Of a stretch of DNA of 64,000 bases, positions 1 through 13,178 are shown in pieces. The stretch lies in contig CBFFRP010000066.1 of assembly GCA_965644295.1 (NCBI GenBank), positions 310,001 to 374,000 of the forward strand. The letters are read 5' to 3'. Positions within the stretch are counted from its first letter, which is position 1. The number at the start of each line of letters is the position of its first letter. Below the pieces are notes generated by a model. The model saw only the letters and a program-made list of their open reading frames with translations. It was not told the origin of the DNA and did not search any database. This DNA is from Paraphysomonas bandaiensis (Eukaryota > Protista > Chrysophyceae). The position numbers and the translations under genes were made by a program.

Positions 1-990
1 ACCTACAGGACAGCCATCAGGTCAGCCGTCATATCAACCCACTGGACAACCTTCTGGCCAACCTAGCAGACAGCCTTCAGGTCAGCCATCTGGTAAACCA
101 ACAGGACAACCATCAGGTCAGCCATCTAGTGAACCAACTGGACAGCCATCATATCAACCCACAGGTGAGCCATCTGGGATTCCTACAGGACAGCCATCTC
201 GTGAACCAACAGCACAACCATCTGGGCAACCTACAGGACAGCCATCAGGTCATCCGTCATGTCAACCCACTGGACAGCCGTCTGGCCAACCTAGCAGACA
301 GCCATCTGGGATCCCTACTGGACAGCCAACAGGGGAGCCATCTCGGATCCCTACAGGACAGCCATCTGGGATCCCAACAGGACAGCCATCTGGCCAATCT
401 AGTGAACGACCAACAGGACAACCATTAGGTCAGCCATCTAGTGAACCAACAGGACAGCCATCTGGGAGCCCCACAGGTGAGCTATCTGGTATCCCTACAG
501 GACAGCCTTCTGGTGAACCAACAGCACAACCATCTGGGCAACCTACAGGACAGCCATCAGGTCAGCCGTCATGTCAACCCACTGGACAGCCGTCTGGCCA
601 ACCTAGCAGACAGCCATCTGGGATCCCTACTGGACAGCCATCTGGTGAACCAACAGGACAGCCATCAGGGGAGCCATCTGGTGAACCTACAGGAAAACTA
701 TTAGGTCAGCCATCTGGTGAACCTACAGGACAACCATTAGGTCAGCCATCTAGTGAACCAACAGGACAGCCATCAGGTGAACCTGCAGGACATCCATTAG
801 GTGAGCCATCTGGGATCTCTACAGAACAGCCATCAGGTCAACCCACAGGTGAGCCATCTGGGATCCCCACTGGACAGCCATCTGGGAGCCCCACAGGTGA
901 GCCATCTGGTATCCCAACAGGTCAGCCATCATGTCAACCTACAGGACAGACACCAGGGCTATCTACTGGACAGCCGTCTGGGCAACAACA
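1..990 (+). repeat. Coding tandem repeat, 12-bp unit encoding P-[ST]-G-Q
   Basis: Recurring cagccatct/cctacagga units, with a higher-order duplication of ~180-330 at ~492-642. Confidence 0.9.
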
Positions 991-3900
991 TTCGACTTTT
1001 CCATCGCAGCATGCTCCTTTAGTTGCACATTTACCTGAGATATTACGTATGGACTGGACTGCGTATCGAGATCGCGTTACACTTTCAATTCAGCTCTCAA
1101 ACAGAGGCTATGTCTATTGTGCAAGCGTTGAATCTATGGTAATCGTCGTTACTGTTAATTCTGTAATTTCTGCAAACAATTTTGACTATGTGGACGACGC
1201 TTCTGTTAACGCCTCAATCTCGATTACATCTCTGACACCGTCCACGAATTACACACTTTATTGCGTCACGCAAAACAATGACTTGTTAGCTACCTCGTAT
1301 GAAGAAATGCTCTCGAATGCAGTCGTTTGGAAAACTCTATGTTGTAAGAGCATATATGTGGATTTGAATATGTTTGTGCTGCAAGCGTATAGTGTGGGAT
1401 GGAATATGGTTGCAGTTACCCTTTCGGCAGCTCCATCATCCGGCAGTGATGTGTGGATATCTGCTGAGGTGTCAAATAGCAGTGGTTCGTACACTGTATC
1501 CCCCTTTCTGGATGACACTGTGACTGTTGCGCATTCCTCATGGTCGAAAACTCATTTCTTCACTGTCGCCAACTGTGCGCCGGGACTGTACACACTACAG
1601 GTGACGATGATGGATTTTTCAGTGCAGCAGGAGTATGATGTGGTCTTCCGAAGTGGGCAGTCGTTCACTGTAGAGCCCTCTGCAGTAGAACCCAGCACCC
1701 CGCGTTTAACGTCAGCACAGTTCTCGAAGAGTGGTGAGTCCGCTGTCCTGAAATTTGATTCACCTACGGACAAGGCGCGATATTCCTCATATTTCAAGTG
1801 CTCTCGTCTCCTGAATGTAGCTGGGGCCTCATCGTCAGACTGTCTTTGGACCTCGGCCACCACACTTACTGTGTATTTCAAAGGGCCTCTTCTTCCTGAA
1901 GTGGGTGATAGTGTGGTGCTACTACCGGGTCAACTGCGAGCGCAATGCACCTCCACATCATCAGAGTGTACAGGCTGGGCTACTGTGAACAGAACAGAGA
2001 TGGTTTTAGCTGCCCCCTATGACCCCATCTCACCAACGCTCGTTGTGACATACCCAAAGGTCTCCAGTCTCTGCGACAGACCTGTGATCGATATTACTGC
2101 CTCCTCTGGTTCTGGTGGTCGACCATGGAAACACTTTAACATTACTGTGACCAGTGCTAGCAATACTGTTCATACAGTTCAGAAATGGCTTACAGAGAAT
2201 TACGTGATTAGCCCACCGCCTGCAATACCAGCCCAACTATTTCAAGGTGGTTATAGGTACATCTTTGAGCTATGGCTGTGCAACTTTCTCGGTGAATGCA
2301 GCTCTGCGATAGCTATCATAAAACGAGTGAATGATATTCTGCCGTATGTTTCTATGGTGGGAAAACTCTCGCGACAAATATTCACTTACACTCCTCTGAC
2401 ACTGCAGTCGAATGCTTTTCTAAATGAATGCGATGGATCTGTATCGTATTCCAACTTAATATATGATTGGAAAATATTCGAGGGTGAAGTGGAGCACTCT
2501 GAGTTAGTGTCGTTGTCGAGTGACCCGAGAAAATTTAAGTTACCACCTTATTCTTTGAACGTAAGTTCTGTTTACGAAGTAAAGTTATCTGTCACAAGCT
2601 CTCTGTCGGGTCTGTCGTCGTCAGCAGTTGTATACGTGTCAGTAGTTCAGTCCAATATTGTGGCAATCATCGAGGGAGGATCACAGCAATCATTGCGAAT
2701 CGGCGGGAGCGTGTTATTGGATGCATCTGGCAGTTATGATAAAAACATTCCACCCGAATTACGCCCTCCAGCTGAGAGCAGTGGGTTTGAATTCCGTTGG
2801 ACTTGTATGCAGTTGTTTCCAGCTCTCCTTCTGCGGTGTGATGATTTGAATATACATTCGAATAGTATCACAACTCCACATTTACTACATATATTTACTA
2901 CGAATAAGACAAAGGAGCACTCGGAGTATTCGATAAGTGTGGAGGTGCTTAGTATTGCTGACGGCAGGCAGGCAGAGAGCTCAGTGGTTGTACGAGTGAC
3001 TGAAGCATTGGCTCCGATTGTGACTATAAGGAGGAGCGGAGCAGCGAGTGGTGTCAACCCTTCGTCTTCCATGGTTTTGCTGGGAACTGTGCAATTAGAT
3101 GTCGCCCAATCAGCATTTTGGACCATCAACGAGCCTTCTGTTGCTCTCTCTTCTATCACATCTACGGCGACATATGTATCACTAGCGAAAGGGCTACAGT
3201 CCGTCAATTTGGTGGTTAGTGCCGGCTCTATTCCTGGTCGGTCGGTTCCCTATGTGTTTTCACTTACCTGCGGCTCGTCCACAGCATCATTGACAGTGAT
3301 TTTTAATACTCCTCCTCAGCCTGGTCTACTTGCAGTGTTCCCTCCCTCAGGTATAGCGTGGGATACAGTCTTTACACTCATTGCGGAGTCTTGGACTGAT
3401 GAAGACTTGCCGTTGTCCTATGTATTGGGTTATGTGGAGAATGGCCACTATCCGATTGTGAGAAGTCGGTTGGAGACGTCTTACGCCAGCTCCACATTTC
3501 CACCTGGGGACAATATGAATGGATACGCACTATTGTGTTATGTTCATGTGATGGATAGTTTGGATGCAGTTTCTCGGTTGCAGACGTCAGTTGTGGTTCG
3601 TTCCAATACAGCCCTCTCAGCAACATTAGCAAGCGAGAAGTTTCGATTGGAACTAGAATCGAGTGGAAACAATATTGAGTTGACAAAGCAAATCCTCTCA
3701 TTGTCCAGTTCTTATCTGAATACCAAGAACTGCTCCTCAGCGCCTAACTGTACCAGTCTGAACCGTCACGATTGTTTTAGTGTTGATCATACATGTGGTT
3801 CATGCTTGGCTGGGTATGTGGGAGAAGAGGGTGCATCTAACCATGGTTGTGTACCGGAAAGCGATTTGTTAACACCTTCTCCAGGTGTGGTTTGTGGCAC

Positions 3901-6900
3901 TGACGATGACTGCAGTGTATGGGAGTACTGTAAGGATTTGGAGTCACCCTCCGTTTGTGATTATCTTCGGAAGACATGTACCGGCAACTGCTCGCATCGA
4001 GGCACTTGCGTACTTCAGGACAGTGACAGCGGAGCTGTTGTGTCCGAGTGTCTATTGATTGATTCTTCATGTGAGGCGAAGTGTCTATGTGATAAAGGAT
4101 TCGGTGGCTTGTTTTGTGAGTATACAGCTGAGGAGGCGAGAGTACGCACTAATATGAGAGAAGCTAATCTCAAGGAGTTAGATGGAGTCACTGGAGTGAA
4201 TGATCCAACTGTGGATTCGATTTTGGAGTGGCAACAAATATTAGTTACACTTACAACACAACCGAGTGAACTATCCGAAGTGGGGGCTGAGCATGGTCTC
4301 AATATTGCTGATGTGATTTTAAGTAATGCTACACTGCAATCGGTGGACACATATGAGGCGTATAGTGACACGCTGACAGCAGTAGATAGCATTGCCACTG
4401 TTTCAATCAATATTTTGTTATCCTCATTGACCTCGTCCAATATCACTCGTCACCGCAGTCTCCTTTTCAACGAGAGCTCATTCATCGCCTCCCGAGTTGC
4501 GTCCGCGCTGGACACGTATGGGTCAGGTGTAAGAAGATCTCTGATTGAGGGCCAACGCGGCAATCGGATTTTACGAAAGTCATTTCAACAAATTACAGAA
4601 GTTTTTTCCTTTTCAGTGAATAGCGAAGATATTTCAATGGCAGTACCACAGTCATTTGCAAAGACATCAGCTGGATTACTGCCCTCGTCTTTCCAATTTC
4701 TTAGAAACAGTACACGTCACCCCTCGCGGAGTTTAAAGGTTTCATTGAGTAGTATTCGGTCGAAGCTTTATGACAATGGGAATTACAATTCGGATGTGTT
4801 GCAAATGGCTATTGATGGCGCAATATACACCAACGATTCTTTCAAGATAATTATACAAAATAATTATCCTATCTACTACGGCCGAGTACACGCCAACAAT
4901 ACCACATTTAATGTAACTTGTGATCGTGATGTGTACACCACTCACATAATACCCTGTCACCCGTCAGTTGTGAACGTCACTTGTAATGGCACTGCCGCAA
5001 AAGTACGGTTACGTTGCCCGGATATTTTCTCTGCACCTCATTGCCGAGTCTTGTCTACCAGAGGGAACTTCAACTGCACTGTTGACTCTTATACTGTGTG
5101 GAACACCACATGCTTGTGTCGGCTCACTTCATCAGGATATCACTTCGGAGGTAATGATCTGTCATCGTATGATACAAACCCTTCTCCCTCTCAGCGACGC
5201 GTGGACGAGACAGGGCAAGAGCAGGCAATTCTGCGAGAGTCGGGGTATGTGGAGCTCGTGAGCACATCAGAGTACGTTGCTGGCGACTTTACTGCAACCG
5301 TTGTTTTGGCTCAGGAGTTCGATTCACCTGAGGACTTGCAAGCAGTACTCTTGGTTGTATCGTTGTTCGGAACAATTTGGGGCATGGGATTCCTTGCAAT
5401 GTGTTATATGTTTGCAACGTCAGCGTATTTTTCCAAAAGTGAAAAATTAAAACAGTGTGCGACGACCCCGAGTCTTGACCTCAATAGTGAATCCCCAAAT
5501 ACAATTTCTACGGATTCGATGAAAATGCGTCTTCATTCATATGTGAAGGAGGTTTTCCCGGCAGTGTACAACGCAGAATCGCCGTGGAGTCGATTGTGGA
5601 GAGAGCTGAAGAGCCATCATCGTTACATAGCTTTAGTTCTTTCGAAAGACTATACGAATACAGTGAACCACAGAATTCGAGTGTTGTTACACCTGTTAAC
5701 AACACTTTCTATGCTGATGTTTTTCCTGGCGTTGTTGTATGACTTTGAGGTAATTGCATTAATATTTTCATCCAACAATATCTATAATATATTATATTGC
5801 TTTTCATCTCGCTAATGACGTTCATATAGTATCCAGAAGATAATGGAAAATGTGAGGCTCATACCACTGCCTCACAGTGTGCAACTGAGAAGTCGATGCT
5901 AGATTCATCCCAGAGAATTTGTCAGTGGGTTGAAGATGACGACACGATTGGGGAATACTCGTGTGTATTTGTTAGCCCTGAGGTTTCTCTGAAGGTACCT
6001 AAACTCCCTTTTCCATCTTTTCATTGGTCTTTACATCTCCTCTGTACGTGTTCATTAGGCTATCCTGATTGCCTCTGTTATATGCTCCATCTTCAGCATG
6101 TTCGGAAATGCAATTGTCGATTTTATATTCGACATTCTAGCTGCTCCCACTGCATGTTGCTCTAGGCAAAATACCGCTGAGCAAATAAACGGTCAGATCC
6201 AATGGCGTGTGTCTCAATTTGGCAGACGAGTTTCAGCCATAACTACAAATTTATCTGATCAATTTAGGAGTAGTGTGGGGAGGAAGAGAAAAACGTCGTC
6301 TTTCATAACGATTGAATCCACACGTCATCTGCCATATTCTTGTATTGCTGCCCAGCAGTTGGCGTTATCTTCGTTTGGCAGTATCGTGGCAGAAGTAAAT
6401 CCGTCGTTACAGTCCATTGAACGTCGTTCCAGTCGTAGTCAGCGCTTAAGCAGAAATACGGATGCATCCCACCCACATTCGACTAGTTTTCAGTCCTATT
6501 ACGGCCTCTGTCCCGTAAGCCAACGGTCTGAGGGAGTGGATAAAGTGGCAGCAATTCCGTCTACTGTTCTGTCCATCTCAACGGATGATTTATATACAGA
6601 CCTGTGTAGCGATATTGTGGAGCAAATGAGACACCTGAGAACCACTAGACAAAAGGATGCATTTGTGATGGCCTGGTGGTATGGATAATGTTATGTTGTT
6701 CTATATTTTGTTGCTTTTAATGTGTTTCTTGCAGCTTGGGGAATAATGGTCAATTCAAGCCAGAGTATGCGAGTATTATTGAAAAAAGACTGAAGGAACA
6801 CCTTGCTTTTGTTCAGAAGGAAGTGGCTCTCAAGCGGAATAAATTGAATCAAATCGAAGACATATATATTGGTCTGGAGCTGCTCCACATGTTTGTGCTG

Positions 6901-8288
6901 GATGTCGTCGGTAGAGGTAAAAAGTGTTCATACGTTTCGCATTATGCGATATTGCAATCTTCACCGCAATAAACGTACTTACCTACTTTGTGTATGTAGC
7001 TTCACCGGCAGCCAAAATATTTGAGACAAAATCAGAGGAAGAGTGAGTTGACTATGATACACTAATGAACCATTGTTGATATCTCGTATATGCTGTGTTG
7101 TGTTTTTGCAGATTTCGCCACACCTACGTTGTTTCAAAGTTTGTAAAAGGCATAATGTGGACTTTGGTTGTGCTGTTGAATCTCTGCTTTATTTTTTACT
7201 CCATGTTACGAGGTCTACAACGAGGACTCGAGTGGCAGATGATGTTTCTTTTTGCATGCATTCTGCAATTTCTATTTGAGATTTTGCTGTATGAGTCGTC
7301 TGAAGTCGCCATAATTCATTTTGTCATTCCAAGTTTAGTCCGGTATGAAGTTATGGCTGCTCAATCTGCACTCTACAATGCAATTGAAAGTATCAGTAAT
7401 ATGTCAGAAGAAACGAACGATCTGATACTTGACACGCCTCAGTATTTGTTTGTATCCGTAAATGTTGCCAAATTTTTCCCTCATCAATTGGAGAGTGCAA
7501 TTGTACGGTCCTATCACAGCCTTTATCCGGGTGCAGTGGCTAATAATTGGAAAGGCAGGAGTGAATTTTACTGTAGAAGAGGTGCTGTGGTTCCTTCCGG
7601 TCGAACTTATACTAGACGTTTCTCTGTGATAGCTCTGTTATCTCTCTTGGTTCAACAACTCGGCGCAGTGAGCAGCACTTGGCAGCGCATGATCATTCAT
7701 CTTCTCCAGCCACTCTTTGCTGTATCTCTGATCATGATGTGGCAATATATGTGGTATCATCCCATATATTTCATATTTCTGCTGGTACTTGCAGTGTATG
7801 TCGGATACCGCTATCTCTCCTCGTGGAAAAATCAGGTTGAAGAGCGGATTTCAAATAAGGTTGGTCAGTGCCCAGCATTAGTGTCACCCGATTCCTCTGC
7901 TTCTTGTGTTCCTGGAGAGGAGGGAATGCATCGTCTGAAAACTGACAGTGCTCATGTAGCCACGGAAGAGGGACACAGTCCCCATCACCTCTCCAGCAGT
8001 GACCCTACTATCCATCAGCAGCGACACATGAACGATTTCCCCTCCATTGTAGAAGTGGGGCTCGACACCACCATTGTCCCACTTCTACCAGCAACTGCAC
8101 TTGATCCCATTGTTGCTGCGGACACAGATACCGAAGGTGCTGCTGCTGGTGGGAATATTTTATATGGCGATTCTAGTAATATTCGTCCTGCTGAGAAAAG
8201 TGCAATGAGTAAAGTTGCGCATCTGCTAGATATGGATTTTTCCTCTGATAGTGAGCTCGAATGTCCTGACTTATTCAAAGAAGTGTAA
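1..8288 (+). CDS. Large polycystin/REJ-like multi-pass membrane protein (P-x-G-Q repeat stalk, REJ/PKD-like region, EGF-like Cys domains, GPS-like Cys motif, C-terminal TM helices); 5'-truncated by the window
   Basis: Frame 2 is open from nt 2 (PTGQPSGQPS...) into ORF 1049-5815. Motifs: LLDASGSYD (REJ-like), CSHRGTC..CLCDKGFGG (EGF), CTVDSYTVWNTTCLC (GPS-like), and hydrophobic helices. In-frame GT-AG exons: <1-5749, 5830-5994, 6059-6678, 6735-6916, 7000-7042, 7112-8288. Confidence 0.85.
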
Positions 8289-9149
8289 GGATAAAAATCT
8301 CAAATATATGTTTTGTGATTTTAACAATTATTACTTTCTCATCAGATTTGGTGACGATTATGAATACGATGATTCAACTGAATTTGAACTCTGATACGTT
8401 TTGTGGAGACAAAAATCGAAACCAACCGAAGTATGCACATATCGTGCGACAAGAGACTTGTGTGGTATCAAGCGTGTATAAGATACAGAAAATGAGTTAT
8501 TGATCTTGAGGTATGCTGTATTTGGTAATACAAATTTTGTAACATATATTTCTGTTTTAGTTTAATTATAGTGTCCAATGCAGTATGTTGCATGTATGTT
8601 TCCAATAAATAGTAGCATCAGTTTTTAATACGTAATACCACGATTTTACATCTTAAACAACCGCAATATAAGTTCTCTCTATTTACACTCTAAAACAAAC
8701 ACTAAGAGTTTGATATCTTCCATCTTCAATTTTAGCACGCTTTTGAATGAAATCATTATTGATACTTGAGTCATGAAACACTTGCGTGAATACGTCCGAG
8801 GATTCAGTTTCGGCAATATGTTCCTTTGTCTTTGACACCATCATCACTACGAAAACTGCATTCTCCTTCCTCGTCCTTGATGTTTGATTGTGGTGGTAGT
8901 CTTGCTGGTGTTAATACTCCATACGTAATAAGCCCTCCATGTGTGGACTGTGGAGATTTGTGTATCGACAGCTGATTGCATCGTCTTTTCAGAATCTCAG
9001 TGCCCAAGACTGTTGCCCTGGGCATCCCCGTGTGGGGCCCGATACTCTTATAAGGGCTGCGTCTAGCACCTCCGATACCCCGGGGGGCGACGCAATACAC
9101 CCTTAATAAGGCTAGTGTGAATTTATGTCATTACGATATATATATATCC

Positions 9150-9862
9150 AGTAATTTTGCTTTCATTGTGTTCTATATATGAGCTTCTTGCAATTACGAT
9201 TCGAATTTATGGAGAACAACATACCCCAAAAGGCGTAATACGTCATTCGCGACGTTTGTTGAGCAACTTATATGGTACTGAGACCACTTTAGGGATTGCT
9301 ATCCAAGGATTGATTCTCTTGTCATACGAATCATGGAAATTGTGACAACAAAATTTTTATTTGATAGTCGTCTCGTATTATCTTGATGAAGCTGCAAGAG
9401 AAGGGCTTGCAAGGAAGAAAGTAAGATATTGGAGCTATGAATCTACAGCGCTTCCAAACACTCACTCGTGAAGTTCGGGAAGCTGTCAATAAGCGAGGAC
9501 AGTGGAATGGGCTGTGGAATCAACAGCGTAAAGAACTCATAGTTCATTCTTATTCCAAGGATGGCAAGAAATATATCGCCTTGTTCAATGCTTATCATAG
9601 ATCACCTACGAAGTCTACCACCAATGCTGTGCCTGTGTGCTCCGACTACGGTAAGATGTTTGCAGGATGTGATGTATTCAATTCGCAGATTAAAGATAGG
9701 ATATGGCCACGTCAGCATGTTAGTGGAGGGCATCTAGACGAAAGTGGAAAGTGTAGCTCGTTTGCGTTCGGCTGTGGTTCGCAAAATACGTTCCATGCGT
9801 ATTGTAGTACTTGTTCGATAGATACAAATAGTATCGATTATTATAGTTCTGTAACTCGTTAG
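9150..9862 (+). pseudogene. Decayed piggyBac-like (PGBD) transposase fragment
   Basis: PVCSDYGKMFAGCDVFNSQIKDRIWP resembles the piggyBac third-Asp motif (Y..M.GVD..D). An LFDS segment lies near 9360. Frameshifts are present and no clear TTAA/TIR ends were found. Confidence 0.55.
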
Positions 9863-10898
9863 CTGGCGAATTGTAGACACATGCCGATACTCTATCTAAG
9901 AAAACTATAGAATAGAGGGGTACCGTGATTGGTTTACTCAATGTTGTATTAATTCAATTTTATATCATTGGATTGAGACTATGGTTACAGACTATGGTTT
10001 AGTCTAATTATATACACACTGGATATAGTTGCGGAGCTGAGTACATACATACCTAAATTAAAAACTACAATAGCCATGTATATATAAAAGCAGTTATAAA
10101 TAGTGTTGTTAATTGTAGTTATTTTGCGATTGCTATATCAATGTTTATGAATAATGTCTCTAATTTATTTTTACAGTTCTGGATCTGGCCGATCAGTGCA
10201 GTGACTATGAGAAAAGATCAAGCACGAGTGCTACACTTCACGTTCTGAAAGAGATGAGAAATTTAATGCCACCTAGGCATTAACTCAGCAATATCGTTCC
10301 TCTATTTTCAGTATTTTCATAGTGTAGTGGATGCTCATTTCGAAGAACTTATGAGTGTCGAAGAGAACAGAAAAAATTAGCTAACCCTCTTCAATAATGA
10401 ACCAGCAGTGAACCTTATGTACTAAACATCCTACCAGCAATCTAACATGCTTAAGGAGGTTAGGTTGTCAAAGTGATGTAGATGCATGATAAGGTGCAAC
10501 CAAGGCGAGTTCTAAAAGGTGTATCACTGGATGGGTATCATTTCGAAGTTAAAGATATGCATCATGATTACTTTTTGCTACTTTTCTCTATCAACAGTGG
10601 AGCATATTTATGCTAAGTGCTTAACAATTTATGAGTGATGTCAGTTGTGATGGAACATGCAGTTGGTAATACAAATATCAATCAACTACGACCATAATTC
10701 TAATACACAGAGCTGCCCAAGTAGCTGAGTTGGTGATTCCTTGCTAGTTATATAGTGATCGCTAATTGCTAGTTCGAGTAATTATTTACTATAATCGAGA
10801 CTTTGAATGAAAGGTTTTGGTAGTTAAGCAATAAACAACTCAAAGTGAACACAACTTCTCACTTCTCACATTGATTTAAGTGTTTATTAATCTCAAAG

Positions 10899-11344
10899 TG
10901 AACAAAAATACAGAGAGGATGTTGATACGATCACATGAAGCTATACACACATGCATGCATTAAACTGATTGCTGTGCCACTTCAGGACACTCTCCTATAG
11001 CCTCAAACTACAGCCTTCTCATTGGCTATGGACAGCATTGTGAACCCTTCATTGTTACTGTTGTCATGTTCAGCACAGTCTGCTTCTGGTGTGTGTATGC
11101 TGGCAGGATGCTGCTAGAAACGGCTTGAAGTACTTCTCCAAGTGTGGCTTTGAGGAGACAGTCACATGCAGTCACATGCAGTCGCATGTAGCTGATTGGA
11201 TTGCTTTAATATTCTCTCAATCATGTAAACTAGCATGAAGTTTCATATGGAAGACTGTGTGTCGTCAACAGCAATCAGTTTAATGCATGCATGTGTGTCT
11301 AGCTTCATGTGATCGTATCAACATCCTTTGTGTATTTTTGTTCA
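10899..11344. repeat. 77-bp inverted repeat (foldback) with ~290-bp spacer
   Basis: 10899-10975 is the reverse complement of 11268-11344 with about 3 mismatches. Confidence 0.9.
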
Positions 11345-11450
11345 AATATGCCTCATATATTGAGACAATAATGATGTGTATTCCAGCCGTAGTTGCATTG
11401 TAGTTCTATAGAGAATTTTTGCTTCAATATATTTCCGAAGAATGAGATGC
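11310..11450 (-). repeat. Dispersed repeat family R1, inverted copy
   Basis: Reverse complement of gcatcttattttttcgggaataaattgaagcaaa...caactacggctggaatacacat...gaacaaaaat, also seen at ~15850, ~59176 and ~63415. Confidence 0.85.
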
Positions 11451-12158
11451 CTGCTGCCTGTACAATGCGGATGCTTATGGCCGGGCACATCAAACACTCT
11501 AAAAACAAAAAACTCCATGTTTTGAGGTGATTTCAGTTCAAAAAGTGGCAATATTCATGCATTGACTTCCTATGACATCGAATGATCGTTCATTATATGC
11601 CATCTGAGGTCATCATTGTTGCTTATTTGTTGATATCTTTTACTGTGTGTTCATAATCATGCATCTCTGCAACAGCACAGCAGCCTACTCTACAGATAGA
11701 GCCACCATATTATTATTATATGGATATACTCTTTTCTTAATAAAATCCTGTACTTTTGAGTGTTAATCCATCAGAAAATCGACCTTTTTACAGTATTTGT
11801 GAAAATATTGGTAAAAAAACAGCATGAAATCGAAAAAGCCTGGATTTTTAGTCTAATGCATGTGTATCTAGTGGAGTATCCGCCCAGTGACTGGAGTGCA
11901 TATGAATCCTGCAGTTGCCAACAGATGCCCCCCTCGTTCATACAATGCCTGTGTATGTATATATCAGCCCATCTGTGAAGACAACTGAACACTTAATGGG
12001 TGCTAGCTATACCAGTGAAGTCATACATCCACCTGTTGCCTATGAGGTTCACTGGTTGCATATCCGATAGCGTTCATCAGTTCACTGCATCAATTAAGTG
12101 AAAGAGAGTGTTGTGTGCTGCAGTATTGACGTCAGTGTATAGTGTATAGTGTATAGGG

Positions 12159-12370
12159 TGACTCTATAAGATACATGGGAGTGACTGGTGAAGATGTGAT
12201 GCACAGATGCTGTTGTGAGCAGATGTTTCATCAGATGCTACATGAATATGCAGTGAAGTGTTCAGATAAATAGTTACAATTTCTTACTTGAAAGTGCATC
12301 GTGTTCAGCAAAGCAAGATTAAGGTTTAAGTGTAGAGCAAAGTCAACTTCAGTGAAATCCTCAATTCTAT
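12159..12370 (+). repeat. Dispersed repeat family R2, copy 1
   Basis: Matches 18292-18488 (ttcttacttgaaagtgcat...aaagcaagattaaggtttaagtgtagagcaaagt). Confidence 0.85.
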
Positions 12371-13178
12371 CAAGGTATGTATGCTTATTCTAAAGATTCT
12401 TTCTGATTATATTGTAGGTGTAGTTAGCGGACAAAGAGATCAAGTCATCAGTATGGTAAAGTAATAGAATATGTCCGTGCATGTACTGTTTCGACACTAG
12501 TCATACACAGTATGTTATCATCTTGCAGATTTGCGTCCGTATCAACAAGAAAGAGTTGGTACACAAGATACTCTTTCTAACGTAGTAATATACAACAATG
12601 AAATTCTATCTGAAACGTTGAATTAAAATATCAACGACTATGTACAATTTTTCAACGGTTACAATATTTCCAACGGCTATAATCGCTACTAGTCATAAGA
12701 TTTAGTTGAAGAAGCTGCGCTACCTAAAAGGTTACGCGGTTGTACCACTACAAAAAGGAGGTAGAGGGTAGAGATATATCTGCTATCTGTCAGCATAGTA
12801 GGAGTAGGTTGAGTAGTATGTTGGGGGGTTAAGTATGCTTATTATTATTAGAAATTTCTTTGAATGCATATTGAGTGTTGACTATAATGTTGAACATATT
12901 TAGCTTTGATAATAATTAAAAACGAAACCTTGAATTGTGGACTCAGTATTATCACATTGCAAGTAAATGTAGAGAATCTTTCATTCTTTGCTTTGAAAAT
13001 AATTGTCCTTAAAAAAAAGATGATGACTTTTGATGAGTGTTCTTCACAACCGGAACTGCTATTGTGCGTACAAATTGGGATGACACAGTTTCACTGCACG
13101 TTAGACAAGAAACACAACACAATGTCCAGAACATATAGCATATATATCGATATGATTCGAACAGAATAGACAGGTGGT

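Noticed and set aside
1-990. CRISPR-like array
   Set aside because: Coding tandem repeat with no unique spacers, no cas genes and a eukaryotic context.
129-1022. NQQDSH-rich ORFs
   Set aside because: Off-frame readings of the P-x-G-Q coding repeat.
12823-12832. GGGTTAA as a piggyBac right end
   Set aside because: No matching left TTAACCC, and it lies 3 kb from the remnant.
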